A stretch of DNA of 64,000 nt from Octopus sinensis (taxonomy: Eukaryota): the NCBI RefSeq assembly GCF_006345805.1, contig NC_043001.1, positions 63,860,001 through 63,924,000 of the forward strand, written 5' to 3'. Positions 25,391-41,970 of this stretch are shown here, piece after piece. Position 1 is the first letter of the stretch; every line of letters starts with the position of its first letter. Both the position numbers and the translations under genes were made by a program. A model generated the notes under the pieces. It saw nothing but the letters and a program-made list of their open reading frames with translations, ran no database searches and was not told the origin of the DNA.

Positions 25391-25820
25391 TCTCTATATC
25401 TATAAACGGCAAAATGCCTGTGTATCTGTGTGTCCTTTATACAAATCCACAGTTTTTCACGTAAAAGGCTCGCATTTTCTATGGGCTTTAAAAACTGTCT
25501 GAGGGTGGTCGTGAAGATCTTTTCATTTCCCCAGGTACCCCAGAAAGCCATTGAAAATCGATAAACCGACCCCTTGTGCCCAACAGTTGAATGCGCGTGC
25601 ACATTTGCAGACAGTCTGTATGACTCAGCGCATTTTTGTGTTTTGAGAAGACGCGTTATCATGTGTTTTGGCTTTCAAACATGCACGCTTTTTTGATTTG
25701 AGAAATGCAGGGAATAATTGACGAGTTAGACCAAGTGAATGACAAGAGAGCGAGATTTTCATGAAAGACCAAATATGCTTGACTAGCACTAGACCCGGTA
25801 ACGCCGTGTCATAGTGCTAG
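25391..25820 (+). mobile_element. Non-autonomous Helitron-like element
   Basis: A|TCTCTATATCTATAAACGGC start; GACCCGGTAACGCCGTGTC hairpin then CTAG|T end. Confidence 0.72.
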
Positions 25821-25952
25821 TATTTCTATATTGAAATTATACCATTTTAAGTTTTGATTATTTTTCTCTACTATATATCGTGGTATTTAACTGAAGAGCG
25901 AGTGAAAATTAGACGTTTTCCATCCCTTTGAAGGAAATTGTTTTTTCATACA

Positions 25953-26165
<213 letters not shown>

Positions 26166-26733
26166 AAATAAGAAAATGGAGGAATATATTTTAATCAATC
26201 ATCAACTACCAGATAATACCAATTCACATAATTTATTAACCAACTACATAAGAACATCCAGATCAAACACAATAATGATAATAATAATACAGAACAAAAC
26301 AGTACACATCAATGAGTAATATGATACCATAAGTACAATACGTATAAATAAATATAAATAAATATAAATATAAACTAGATCTTACATGATGCTCTTATTA
26401 GCCAGGTATGTTACGGTAATATGTGGTTATAAATGAGATACTTACATATATATCCCAAGGCCTCTTCAGAGATTATAAAGTACAATTCAAATATGAATAT
26501 TAGAGAAGGTACACATATACAAGAATAAGTACATATACATACACATACATATAAGTGTATATACACATGCACCTACATATATATATAAGTATATATATAA
26601 TAATATACATACACATAAGGTTAAAGTTAGTCAAATCAAAATATTAGAATATACATACATACACACATCTACATGAAAGTGTACATATACAAAGTCCAGA
26701 ATTCATTGTATTAAATTACAAAAGGTTTATTAA

Positions 26734-26791
<58 letters not shown>

Positions 26792-29700
26792 AATAATAAT
26801 AATAATAATACCAGTAAAAGAATATGTGCATTCCGCCATTCACAATACATAGTAGATGGAAAATATCACATAGAATACAGCAACAGCATAATATAATAAT
26901 ATAATAATATAATAATATAATACAATACAATACATTATAGCTCAACAAACACATATATAAAGAAAAATATTCCTTTACATCATAGAAAAAAACCCAAAAG
27001 TGTGCATACGTAGACATACATACAAATCAAAGGTCGGACGGTGATTGATATTTATTAGCAGGTTTGCAAATAATTTAAGATTTAAAGCTCAATACGATTG
27101 GTTGGCACATTTGAATTTCAATTGTCTTAGTTACGGTTGGTTGATTAAGATACACTTACATACATACACATATATATGCGCGCATACACATGCACACATA
27201 GATAAACATAAGCACAGAAATACAAGCTTTCATACACGCAAACATGCGTACATACATAACTACATACGTATATATCCATATATACATATATGTAAACAAA
27301 TACATATACCCATAAACAACCACGTACATATATATGTACATATATACATACACATACATACTGATAACTAAAATAATATTAAGAAACATTAAAATTAAGA
27401 TAATACTAATTGTTGGTTATTCGTAATGTACAAAAAAGAGGGGCTTAAAAGGGTAGAAAACGTAAGGATTAATATTAAGCAAAGATTGGAAAATATTCAG
27501 ATAAAGCTTACAAAAGGGATATAAACTCAGCAAACATATTTACAATAACTAGGGTACAGAAAAAATACGTTATTTGCGGAAGATACATAATTAAAAATTA
27601 CACCGAATATACCGTCAAAAACCAAAACACTACGAAACCGTCCAGATATCAACACCTACAAGTATGAGCTTGCTCAAACCACAATTCTGTATAAACCATA
27701 TCCTAGCAAACCACACATCCATATACAAAACAAATATAAGGCTATCAATTAATAAAAAACCGAAGTCATTCACCACCACAACCATGTACCCCCAATCGCG
27801 ATACACTACCCATCAAAAGTTAAGTAATTTATGTCTTATCGGTGTATACATGCTTATTTTTATTTTTAGTATACACCGACAATAACATTTGTACAAAGAC
27901 TCATAAATATGTACTTTTATACCCAAAAACCTACACATAAATATACATATAAGTAACAGATATACACCTATAAACCTAAATTTTATATATATATATATAC
28001 AGGTATACATACATTCAAGTACCTAAATGTACCCTAAAAGAATAGACATACGTATATATCCTCCTACATACAAATATACTCCATAAGAAAATATGAATAC
28101 ATATCCATATGTACACGCACATACACAACATCAATAAATATATATAGGTATGGGAAAACTGCACCAATATATATATACACATATATATATATATATATAC
28201 ATATATACACCTGCATACACATATATACATATATACACACACATACGCAAATTCATCCATAAAAACATGAATACACATATAAGCGTACGCAGACATACAT
28301 ACAGATAGAATTACAGGTATACATACATGCCCATACCTTAAATTCTTTAAAAACCTAATCCAAGCAAATAATACATCTAAATACCATAACAAATGTAGGG
28401 TTATTTTTAAAAAAGAAACTAGAGTTATTCATTATTATATCTATATACCCCTAAAACATAATATGTGATTTAACAAATGTTACAAAGTTTATATATCCTG
28501 TCGGTGTATACATATTTATTTGTACTTATATACCTATATATCTACACATAAATATATATATAAGTAACAAATATACACTTATAAACATAAATTAATATGT
28601 ATATAGCCAAGTACATAAAAAAGAATTTTTTTAATTACATATACACACACCTATACATAAATATAGGTATTTATACATTTAAGTACCTATAATATACCCT
28701 ATTAGGATAGACATATCTAAATCCTCCTTCATACAAATACACTCCATGAATAGATATAAATACATATCGCTATGTGCACGCACATACACAATTTTAACAA
28801 CACATACACTTAAACCATATATATACAGGTGTAGGGAACTACACCAATATATATCTGCAAGCATATATATACACATACATACACACACATATACATATAT
28901 ATATACATATACATATACACACATACCCACCAGTGAACATATATATATATAAACATACACATGAACATATGTAAGACATACCTACATGCACATTCGGAAG
29001 TACATATATACATGCATGCCCACAGCTTTGCATATACATACATTCATGAATACACAAACATAAATGAACATATATACATATACATATATATGTTAAAATA
29101 AATTATGAATTATAAATTATAAATTAATAAGTACCAGTAAATAAAAAATAAAAAATTACGAAAATAAGTACAAATAAGTACAAATATACATATATACATA
29201 AAGAACTTAATATTTAAGACTACCAATCAAATACATGGGAAGACCCACAAGGAAGATAGATATACATATACAATTACATATATCCCCGTAAGTACACACA
29301 TGCATGTATAGACAAAAACATACACCAACATATAAACATATACATACATATACACATACATATATACATATACATACACACACATACATGTAAATATATA
29401 TACACATACTTATCCAAATGTAAACACCCTGTACTTAATATAGACCCACACTAGGTACAGATCAATATATCAAAGTCCCAAACCAACAGCATATGATATG
29501 GTGTATATATATGTTCGATACCGATGGAAAATTCCATGTAGATAAAAAAAAACAAAGAAAAACATGTATATATCAAAATATACATACATATTTCAATATA
29601 TTTTCAAACCAAAACAAAACCAATCAATACAGAACACTTATATATGGAAATATAAAAATATAAATTATAATGCTTATGAAAGTATTCCTATATAAAAATG

Positions 29701-29811
29701 TTAAAAAATTACAGATTAAAAACTAGGTGCTATTTAAATCTAGAGAAAGTATTCGCTAGTCTGTGAAGGCAAGATTTATTACGCTCATTAAGATTATTAA
29801 TAATAGGTAAG

Positions 29812-31790
29812 CTAGCTTTGATAATAAAGAAAATTGATGCATAAAGAGCATTTTTTATTTCTATTATTATATACTGGTGCCGAAGTGAGTATTTTCCAAT
29901 TAAAATTAAAATGTATATTCTTGCTCTTAAGTTCCCAAATATAAGTACTTAACCCCGCAGAATTCATCCTATTTTTATTCCTAAAAGTGTATCTATGATA
30001 GTTCAGTCGTTGTTTCATACTATTTTTAGTCGCACCAATATACACCCTACTATCATGTTGTGTATTCACAATGCATTGATAAACCACCTCTTTCCTCAAG
30101 CATTCATTATTGAACACACATTTGTCTTTAATTCTGCAATTGTAGCTGCTATCTGATTGAAGAAATTTAACCTTGCTACGATTCACTGCATCCTTATTAT
30201 TGTTGATAATGTTAACATCATTCTCAATACTTAATCCTATATTCAACGGGAGTCTATGTTTAACATTATTAATAATATCCAAATCATTAGGACTACTACT
30301 ATGAATAGCAATATCATCAACCAAATTATTATTAGTCGCTACAGAGGGTTACTCACGCTCGCACTATTAGGTTTATTAACTCTCAAGTTATAGTGAGGCA
30401 CATTTCTGCTACCCAAGTTTATCTTTCTATCACTATAGAAGCGGTCTAATTTTCTATTATTAAAGGAGGAAATAAGGGTGGCTAAATTATGAGTAAGGCT
30501 GTATCCTATTCTAATAGTTTTGTTGTTAATTATTTTACAATATTTATTCTTACCCTTCTCAAAATGCTTGCACAATAAACTATGGATAATTCGAACTATA
30601 TCTGTTTTAATTTGCATGGCATATGGGATTATCAGCCATAGTGCATCATTATCACTACGTGGGTTACCTATCAAATTCTTATTATTAACAAAAACTCTAT
30701 TCCTCTTCCAACCCCTATACTTTCTATAATTAATATTACCAAGATTATGACTAAAATCATTGTTATAATTGGTATTGTTATTATGGTGTAAATAAGTTTT
30801 TTCCATTATCGTAGATATTATCATTATTATTATTTATATTCTTATTAATATTATTAATATTAATGTTATGTGCTAAGTTATTTAAATTAAGATCAACAGC
30901 TCCATTAATACCATTACTAGTATTATTGCCATACACAATTTTATATATCCTATTGTTCTTTACCCTAAAGTTGTTATTATCCACTCGAAGATCGTTTGTG
31001 TTTGTAGTAGTAGATCCACTTTGACTCGAAAGATTATTATTAGGTATATACTTAATTTTACCCGTATAACCTGCCTTATGTAATGCAGTGTTATATCTTT
31101 CACTATGCCTATTAAATATGTCCAAGTTTGAGGATAGATAAGAGATTCTCTGACTAATGCTACGCAATAGTGACCATTTAATGGCTAGAGTAGTTTATAT
31201 ATACTAAATTAGAATTGGGTTTAATATAAGGTTCGTGTATCCCATTAGTAAGGTTGCAATTAACATCTAAATAATTGACAGAGTAATTTTCATTTTCAAT
31301 AATTATAGATAAACCAAAACTCTTTAAAAATTTATGCAGTCGTTTTTTCAGTAAATCTAGTCTTCTATTAGATGTATTCTTAACTAGAAACAAAGTGTCG
31401 TCTCTATATAGGCCGCCCTTTAATTCAGGGAATTCCCTATTTAAATTATCTAGTAAATACAGCCCTACTAAATCCGTCACTTACGCTGAATCCGGCGATC
31501 CCATGGTGATGTCAAATAAACTAGGTGTGTCTTTTCTAGCCCATAATTTGTTATCAAATTCTATTAAAGTTTTTCTAGCCGTTAAGATAACCTTAATTTC
31601 CCTCATACTTAAGTTAGTGTGTCTCCTGGCAAAAATTAAAGCCTTATTTAATATAATAGGGTTAATGGAGGAGTAATAGTTTTGTATATTAGATTGGTTC
31701 TCTAGCATTAAGGTTAGTAATAATAGTTACAATAAATTTATCCAACTGGGTATACAAAACTATTACTCCTCCATTAACCCTATTATATTA
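29812..31790 (-). mobile_element. 5'-truncated, degenerate Penelope-like element (YRDD-type RT, Asn-rich linkers, GIY-YIG)
   Basis: FDITMGSPDSA*VTDLVG...GGLYRDD; NCRIKDKCVFNNECLRKEVVYQC...VYIGAT...LSTYIWELK. Short inverted duplication at the 5' break (31652-31691 vs 31751-31790). Confidence 0.9.
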
Positions 31791-33750
31791 GGCAAAGATC
31801 CAGTTTTCGTTTGAAAACATCTACATCCAATTTGTGTAGGTTCCTCAGGCTTTTTGGGAGAATATTAAAAAGTTGTGGGCCCTTGAAACCTAGGCTGTTG
31901 CGGTAACTGCTCTTGAAGCGCGACGGCATTGCTGGGATCTTTGGCATTGTTCAGTGGTGACCCGTTCTGGCATTTGTGTAGCTTTCAATGCCAAAATTTG
32001 GCATAATCCCTTCCAAGATCTTCCAGATGTATATTACTGCATATCTCTCCCGCCTTCGCGCCAGGGAGTAGAATCGTAGTTGCTTCAGCCTTTCCTAGTA
32101 GCTGAGCTGTTGCAATGAGACGATAGTCTTTGTGAAGCTTCACTGAATTGCTTCAAGGTCCGCTGTTAATTTTACACTGTGGGATGACCATAGCTGGGAG
32201 CAGCAGTCCAGGTGGCTGAGGACAATGTCCTCCAGAAAACCAGCATGGTTTCCTTCTCTCTGGTTCTAAAGGTTCTCGGGATCTGTTCAGCCAGCCGTCT
32301 GCACTTTGTCACCATCTTGGAAAGAAGTATCATCACTCATGTCGATACCCAGGTCCCGCACTGATTTAGGCTCTGAGATTGTAATCTCCTGTAGGCCAGT
32401 GTACCCTGTAAGTTTTACGTTCAGTTTTGAGCACTGGTGGCGCAGGACTTGGAATTTTCCCGCATTAAACTGCATTTTATTGTCCTCAACCTATCTGTAA
32501 ATTGTGTCCAACTCCTGCTGCAGGTGTGCAACATCGCTAGGGTTTTGTATTTTCTGCGAGACTTTCGTATCATCTGCGTAGCTAGCAAGGGTGGTTATCT
32601 GGGCAGCTGAGAGCATATGTGAGAGGGCCGCTATGAAAAGCAGTGGTCCCAAGACAGTGCCCTGCAGAACATCACTCACTATTTGTGTTTTCTTTGAGGT
32701 GGCTCCATTGGCCTCTACTGTAAACACTCTCCAAGTTCTCTAGCTATGCCGAGATCACGCAGTTTGAAGCATATCATACCATGATCCACTTTATCAAAAG
32801 CTTTTGTAAAGTCAAGGTATCCACATTTAAGTTGCTGAGTACTTGCCTCAACACCCAGTCATAGTGCTGTAGGAGCTAAGTCAGGCAGCTCCAACCTGGT
32901 CGAAAACCATCCTGGGTATCACACAGCAAGTCGTTTTCTTCAAGGAATGCGATTAGATTCCCTCTGACTATTCGTTCCATGACTTTACTGATGTGTGAAG
33001 TCAGAGAGGTAGGCCTATAATTTTTGGCATCTGCTCCGCTTCCTCCTCTATGGATTGGCATAGTATTCCCTTCTTCACTTTGCTTGGCAGCCTACCATTT
33101 GCAAGAAAACTCTAAAAGAGAATATGTAGTGGTTTCGCCAGGCCACGCTTGCACGATTCTAGGAGGATTGAAGGGAAACGATCAGGGTCAGCTGTTGAGT
33201 TTGTGTCCACCTCATCTATGGCTAGTACTATGTCTTCTTCACTAACGTCGATGTAATCCATCGTAACTGCCTCGCTGGTTATATGTGAGGCGGCAAAGAA
33301 GTCCACTGGTTCGTTCACATGTATGTGTTGCAATGGGATGATAAAGACACTTTTGAACAGGTTATTCAGTACCTTACTGATCCTGGTTGGGTTACCTGTG
33401 AGGGAGCCACCCTTTGGGGAAAGGGGGCTTATTTTGTAGCGAACTGAGGCTATTTCTTTGACAATGAAATAAGGCCTTTGGGTTTGACTTGATATATTTT
33501 TATAACCCAGGCTACTTTGCTTACTCTCTCCTTCACATAGGAGTGTTGCAGTCTTTTTTCAATCTCCATCAGTGTTGAATTTAGGCGGAACCTTCCTCTA
33601 CTTTTGGGATGCTGATTGAAGTGATTTGCAACCTTCATCCGTCGTCATATAAGGATTTTCCTCTCCCTTGGAATCTTGTTCCTTTTTGCGTTGGCCTTGT
33701 GCTCTGGGACATATTTCTGGCTTATGGTTTGCATAACAGACATGAAATAT

Positions 33751-34201
33751 ACATTATTTACATTCGACAGATATTTATCCTCATTTCGTTTTTGTTGTTA
33801 ACACAACGTTTCGGCTGATATACCCTCCAGCCTTCTTCAGGTGTCTTGGGGAAATTTCGAACCTAGGTTCTCATTGTTACGGTATTTTTTTATGTTATTA
33901 TTATTATTGTTGTTGTTGTTGTTGTTATTGTTGTTGTTGTTGTCGTCGTTGTCGTCGTTGTTGTTGTCATTGTCGTTGTTGTCGTTGTAGTCGTTGTTGT
34001 CGTTGTTGTCGTTGTAGTCGTTGTAGTCGTTGTTGTCGTTGTTGTCGTTGTTGTCGTTGTTGTCGTTGTTATCGTTGTCGTTGTCGTTGTTGTTGTTGTT
34101 GTTGTTGTTCAGGTCACTGCTTGGAATCGAACTCGGAATCTTGGGGTTAGTAACCCGCGCTCTTAACCACTACGCCATATGTCCACGGGTATATGGCGTA
34201 G
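33751..34201 (-). mobile_element. tRNA-headed SINE carrying a hammerhead ribozyme, with 8-bp target-site duplication
   Basis: A box TGGCGTAGTGG (34177-34167), B box GAGTTCGATTCC (34134-34123), (AAC)n linker, HHR tail. tgaaatat duplicated at 33743-33750 and 34202-34209 within the LINE. Confidence 0.72.
33801..33844 (-). ncRNA. Minimal type I hammerhead ribozyme
   Basis: ACAC-CUGAAGA-A-GGCUG(gaggguauau)CAGCC-GAAAC-GUU^GUGU. Confidence 0.75.
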
Positions 34202-34809
34202 TGAAATATTCTAGTTTCATGCCAATGTCTGGTGTGGAGAGACATTTCGGCCAGTCCTCTCTGAGGATCCCTTTTTGGATCGATTTCCAGTCTGCTTTGT
34301 GGAAGTTCAGATTGGAGAGATTTTGGGTGCTTCCTTTAGGCTGTATGTTCTGGCTACTTTTGCCCAAATATAGACATCTCTATTGTATTGTGATCCGAAA
34401 CTAATGTCGGCGTCACTTTCACATTATGAACGATGTCCATATTTGTTCGTGAAGCAGAGATCCAATATGTTATTCACCCTAATTGGTCTGAGCACAACTT
34501 GCTCCATGAATAGGGCATTGGTGACTTGAGCATGGACTCCACCTGCACTTGTCTGCAATGAGTCGTTCCTGAGAGCATGAGGCCTTCGGGCCATTTACCA
34601 ATGGGTAAGTTGAAATCACTCATAAGAAACATGCTCACGTGATGTTCCAGTTTCATGAAGATTTCTTTCATTCTTGTGAGATAATCTTCAAACTTGCCTA
34701 TGTGATTTGGAGCATTCGGTGGGCGATATGTATTGCATATGACTATAGTGTGCTGTCTTGTGTATCGTGGCACTCCGTCGGTTACGATGACGAGGGTTCC
34801 AGTTGATCC

Positions 34810-35146
34810 GATCAACGGAACAGCCAGCTCGTGAAATTAACGTGTAAGTGGCTGAACACTCCACAGACGCGTGTGCACTTAATGTAGTTCTCGGAGAGAT
34901 TCAGCGTAACAGTGTAACAAGGGTGACCCTTTGAAATACAGGTACAATAGAAACAAGAAGAAAGAGTGAGAAAAAGTTGGTGAAAGAGCACAGCAGGGTT
35001 CACCACCACCCCCTGCGGGAACCTCGTGGAGCTTTAGATGTTTTCGCTCAATAAACACTCACAACGCCCGGTCTAGGAATCGAAACTGCGATCCTACGAC
35101 CGCGAGTCCGCTGCCCTAACCACTGGGACATTGCGCTTCTACTGTC
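34810..35146 (-). mobile_element. tRNA-derived SINE
   Basis: Head gcgcaatgtcccagtggttagggcagcggactcgcggtcgtaggatcgcagtttcgattcc; near-identical head at 41870-41970. Confidence 0.85.
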
Positions 35147-36444
35147 TTGTGTATATAACTAGAGTGTCACATACTGAATTTGGGTATGGCAGTAGGACCC
35201 GAGTTGGATGCCCTTACGGATGTACACAGCAACTCTGCCATAGCTCCTTTCCTTTCTGTCTGTTCGCAGTATGGTATATTTTGGTACTTCTGCATCCGCT
35301 ATATCAAGTCACAGATGAGTTTCCACGAGTGCTATGCATAGGGCTTGACTGCATGCAGCAAGGCCTCTCAGGAAAAAGATTTTGTTTTTGTTGTTCTGAT
35401 GCAACAGGCCTCCAATATCTAGTAAAAATATTGGTGTGACGACTATGCAGGCGTTAGGGGAGGCCATCCCGTGTCTGTTGATTGTGGTGGTCTTGCGCAG
35501 TTGTGGGCAAGGTTCCATGTTTGCGCTTGATATAGCCAGGTCAGTTGCTGCACAATCTTTTGCGCCATGCACAAAAAATACTCTAGCTTAGCACTGCCTT
35601 ACGCATAACATCTGAAGAGAGCACTGCATTTGCATACTTTCTCTTTGGAGACAGTTGGTGCCTTTCCTCTGGGAAGTATTTCTCCTTAAGGCCCCTGCAA
35701 TTTTTGGCGGTGTCTCGGGCAGTTTGTACCGTCTTCCTCATGCCAACATTTGCCTTGCCGGTAAAATTTACATGTTCTTGTCTTCACTCCAATTTTTTTC
35801 TTTCCTCTAGAGTTTCGGATTCCGATAGAGCTGCCATATTTGAGTTGTTTTTGCTTTTTGTTTGATGGTTTTGGGTTTTGGTTTTGGTTTTAGTTTTAGT
35901 TGTTTCATCTCTTCCTTTTCCTTCCTCTCCTCTTCCTTCTTTATGTTTGTGGTCGTGGTCTTTCCTTCCTTTACAGGTGGTAGCCTTTGCATTCCTCTGG
36001 TTTTCCATAGGGGTGAGGGCTCCATTCTTTTATAGAACCACTGGCTCAGAGGGACTTCTGGTTGCTGTTTCTTCATCCTCCCTAGTCTTATCAACCTGGT
36101 TGTTCACAGGGATGGGGGGTCCATTCTTTGGTGGAACCACTGGATCAGAAGGACTTCTGGTTCTAGCTTCATATTCCCTATCCCTATCAGCCTTGCCGCT
36201 GTTATTTTCCATAATGACATCAAGAGTGTCAATGTGTGGTCTTATAAGGGCATAGAATGGAATAAATTCATTTTTCTTCCATTTTATCTGTTCAATGGTT
36301 CTACAGAAACCATTATTTTTCAGTGCAGCAGTAATGTTGTTTGGAGGATCGCCGCTAGCAATCGTCCACGCTCGCAACAGAAGTATCAGTTCCTTACTAT
36401 CCCACTTTGGTGCCATCTTCGTTTTCTAAGCCCAGAAGGGGTGG

Positions 36445-37070
36445 GAGAATAGAGAGGAAGTGAGAGACAGAGGGAAGTAGAGAGAAAGGTATAAAGGAAA
36501 GAGGAAGGGTGTATGGAGCGATAGGGAGACAGAGAGAAGGAGAGGAGGGGAAGAGAAAGAGGAGAGAGAAAGCGGCGGAGAGAGAGAGGAGAGAATGAAA
36601 AATATACGAGTGAAAGAGAGAGACAGAGTGAGGGAAAGGAGGGAAAACGAGAAGTATATGAGGGAGAGATAGAAAATGAGAAATATCTGAGAGAAAGATG
36701 GAAAACGAGAAATATATGAGGAAGAGAGAGGTGGAAAATGGAGGAAGGTATGAAAGGGGGAGAAACAGAGTGGGGGAGAGAGGAGAGAAAAAGGAAGATA
36801 TGAAAGAGAGAGGGGAAGGGCAGGTAAAGAAGATATGAGATTATGGCCGCTGTGAGTGAGAAGTTACACGGAATACGATAGCGGGAAGAAAGAGAGAGAC
36901 AGAGGGTGAGAAAGAGATGTGGAAAAGAGAAAGATTTGAAAGGGTAAGGGAGGGAGAGAGAGAAGGGAAAAGGAGGAAGATATGAAGGAGAGAATGGAAG
37001 AGCAGATAATGAAACGAAAAAGGCCGCTGAGTGAGAGAGAAATTACATGAAAAACGAAAGCGGGAGAAAA
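36445..37070. repeat. GA-rich polypurine low-complexity tract
   Basis: Direct reading. Confidence 0.85.
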
Positions 37071-37710
37071 AAAAAGTTTCGAGACAAATTTGCTGCCTCA
37101 AAAACATTTCCAAACAGAGGATTGGAAACAAACTATACATCTTAAACTCAAATTTTCAGTAAACAAAATAAACAAGAGGAAACAAAACAAATGAAAAGGA
37201 TACTTATTGCCGAGAGGTAAAAATTCCAATCGTTGTTCTTGTACGAATCAGTTTGTTTTTTTTTTTAAAGAAATCGTTTTCTTTCTACACACGACATGTT
37301 GACAGTACAATTGGCATGCGTCGCTGACTTTAATATAATGTATTAAGCTTCTTTTATGAATATATTATAGTACGACTTTGATACAATATATTAAGCTTCT
37401 TTTACGAATATATCGTACGAATCAGCTTTGTTTCAAAGAGAAAACGTTTTCTTTTTACACACAGCCACTTATTCACAGTGCAATTTTTTCACCTTGTGGT
37501 TTCTTCTACGATAACTCTGGCTTGCGTCGATGACTTTAATATAATATATTAAGCTTCTTTTACGAATATATCATAGTAGATCGTGAAGAAATAACAAGTA
37601 CTAGGTTTTTTTTTAGTTAGTTTGGTAGGTTTTTTTGTTGATTTAAGGAATCCCTCTTGGTTATTTCAGCAGCATGAAAAAATACACGTCTTTCACAAAC
37701 GAAACCGGAA

Positions 37711-37803
<93 letters not shown>

Positions 37804-38086
37804 GGGACAAGAATGCAAAACATTCAAAAAGACGATACGAAAAGGACGGGTCATTCGAAGCCTCTAATCTTCAGTCAAGAACCAGATCATCCTCGCAATT
37901 TCGGCTGATTAATCTTGAGATTGCTCCGATCTGACCAGCCCCAAGGAAAAACTAAGCTACAAGCATTAGATTTCTTGAAAGGATAGAAGGATAGAATGTA
38001 CGAAACAAGGACAGAAAAACGGACGGACGATGTTATACGAAAAAAAACAAAAAGCAAAAAGTAATACGAATATAAATACAGAAAAC

Positions 38087-38163
<77 letters not shown>

Positions 38164-38589
38164 TGATGATAATAATAATAATAATAATAATAACAGGACA
38201 AAAACAACAGGTGTCTTTCGACTTTAGACAATTCAAATTAGCTGGCGTGTGAGAAAAATAATGCCTTACGGCAGACGAAGAAATCGATGTTGTTCTGGCG
38301 CTGGTCAGAAGCCGAAAGGCTGTAGTTGACTGGCGGTCACGTGAGAAGAGAAGAAAGAGAAAAAAGGGGCAAGGAATTAAAGAGAGGGAGAAGAGAGAGA
38401 AAAAGAGAGAAAGAAGGAATTAAGGAGAGGGAGAAGAAAGAGAGCGTGCCAAAAATTGGCGGGACAAAAGAAAGGCAGGGTCAGTGAAGTGAGAAAGGCA
38501 GAGAGATGTGAGAGGGTGGGGAAAGAGGAGACCACAGAATCAAAGAAGCGAGAAAAGAGAAAGACAGAGAAAGTGTGTGTAGTAATCGT

Positions 38590-38845
38590 ACTGGAAATAA
38601 ATGTTTCTTTCTCGAGCAATGTCAGGCTCATGAGGGCCGATTCCCTAGTTTCAATGGCGTATACATTACCCACCTGGATGAGACACCGGTCCGTTGCAGG
38701 ATTACTCATTTTTACCAGCTGAGTGGACTCATCAACGTGAAATGAAGTGCTTTGCACAAGAACACAACGCGTCGCCTGGTCCGGGGATCGAAATCGCAAT
38801 CTTATGATCATGAGTCCCACACCCTAACCACTAATCCACGCACCT
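38590..38845 (-). mobile_element. tRNA-derived SINE
   Basis: Head tggattagtggttagggtgtgggactcatgatcataagattgcgatttcgatcc; same family as 16114. Confidence 0.75.
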
Positions 38846-39064
38846 CCATCCACCCACCCCCACATATTTATATTATCTATATATATATAATATTATATAT
38901 ATATATATATATCTATATATATATATATTATATATATATATATTATATATATATATAACGATTTACGTTATATTTATATATTTGGTCGATGACTATTTTC
39001 TCTTTTTCACCAGGCCGCTGGTTGCGATAAATTTCTATTGAATTTTTTTGCTACCCTAAATTGA

Positions 39065-41404
<2,340 letters not shown>

Positions 41405-41486
41405 CAATTTAGGAGTGGCCTTAACAGGCCATTCGTCCACTAGAGAGAGCAGCCATTCTATTGAATTTTTTGCTACCCTAAATTGA

Positions 41487-41527
<41 letters not shown>

Positions 41528-41680
41528 CATTGTAAATGTATCAACTGTAATTCCTAGTAAATATTGGTGCCTTGTAGCACTACTCTATATTTGTGCGTGT
41601 GAGTGTTTATAAATATATATACTTATATATGTGTGTGCGTATGTACTGATTATAGCTAATATATATATATATATATATAT

Positions 41681-41970
41681 CACCGTGACCGACCAGGCTA
41701 TCAGATGTTGCTACACATCGCTGGTCACAATGCGCTTCGCATTTGTCAAATGACGCCACCCTGCTGGCTAAGCGAGCAGGCCAACAGAGGAAAGAGTAAG
41801 AGAAAGTTGTGGCGAAAGAGTACAGCAGGGATCAACACCACCCCCTGCCGGAGCCTCGTGGAGCTTTAGGTGTTTTCGCTCAATAAACACTCACAACGCC
41901 CGGTCTGGGAATCGAAACCGCGATCCTACGACCGCGAGTCCGCTGCCCTAACCACTGGGCCATTGCGCCT
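41681..41970 (-). mobile_element. tRNA-derived SINE
   Basis: A box TGGCCCAGTGG, B-box-like GTTTCGATTCC; same family as 34810-35146. Confidence 0.85.

Larger units (their letters stand above)
31795..36430 (-). mobile_element. CR1/L2-like LINE, degenerate, interrupted by SINEs; ORF1 ~35430-36416, APE-RT ~31795-35420
   Basis: VLQGTVLGPLLF...YADDTK; NYRPTSLTSH.SKVMERIV; ICNTYRPP; SDFNLP; CIALVETHL. Confidence 0.88.
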
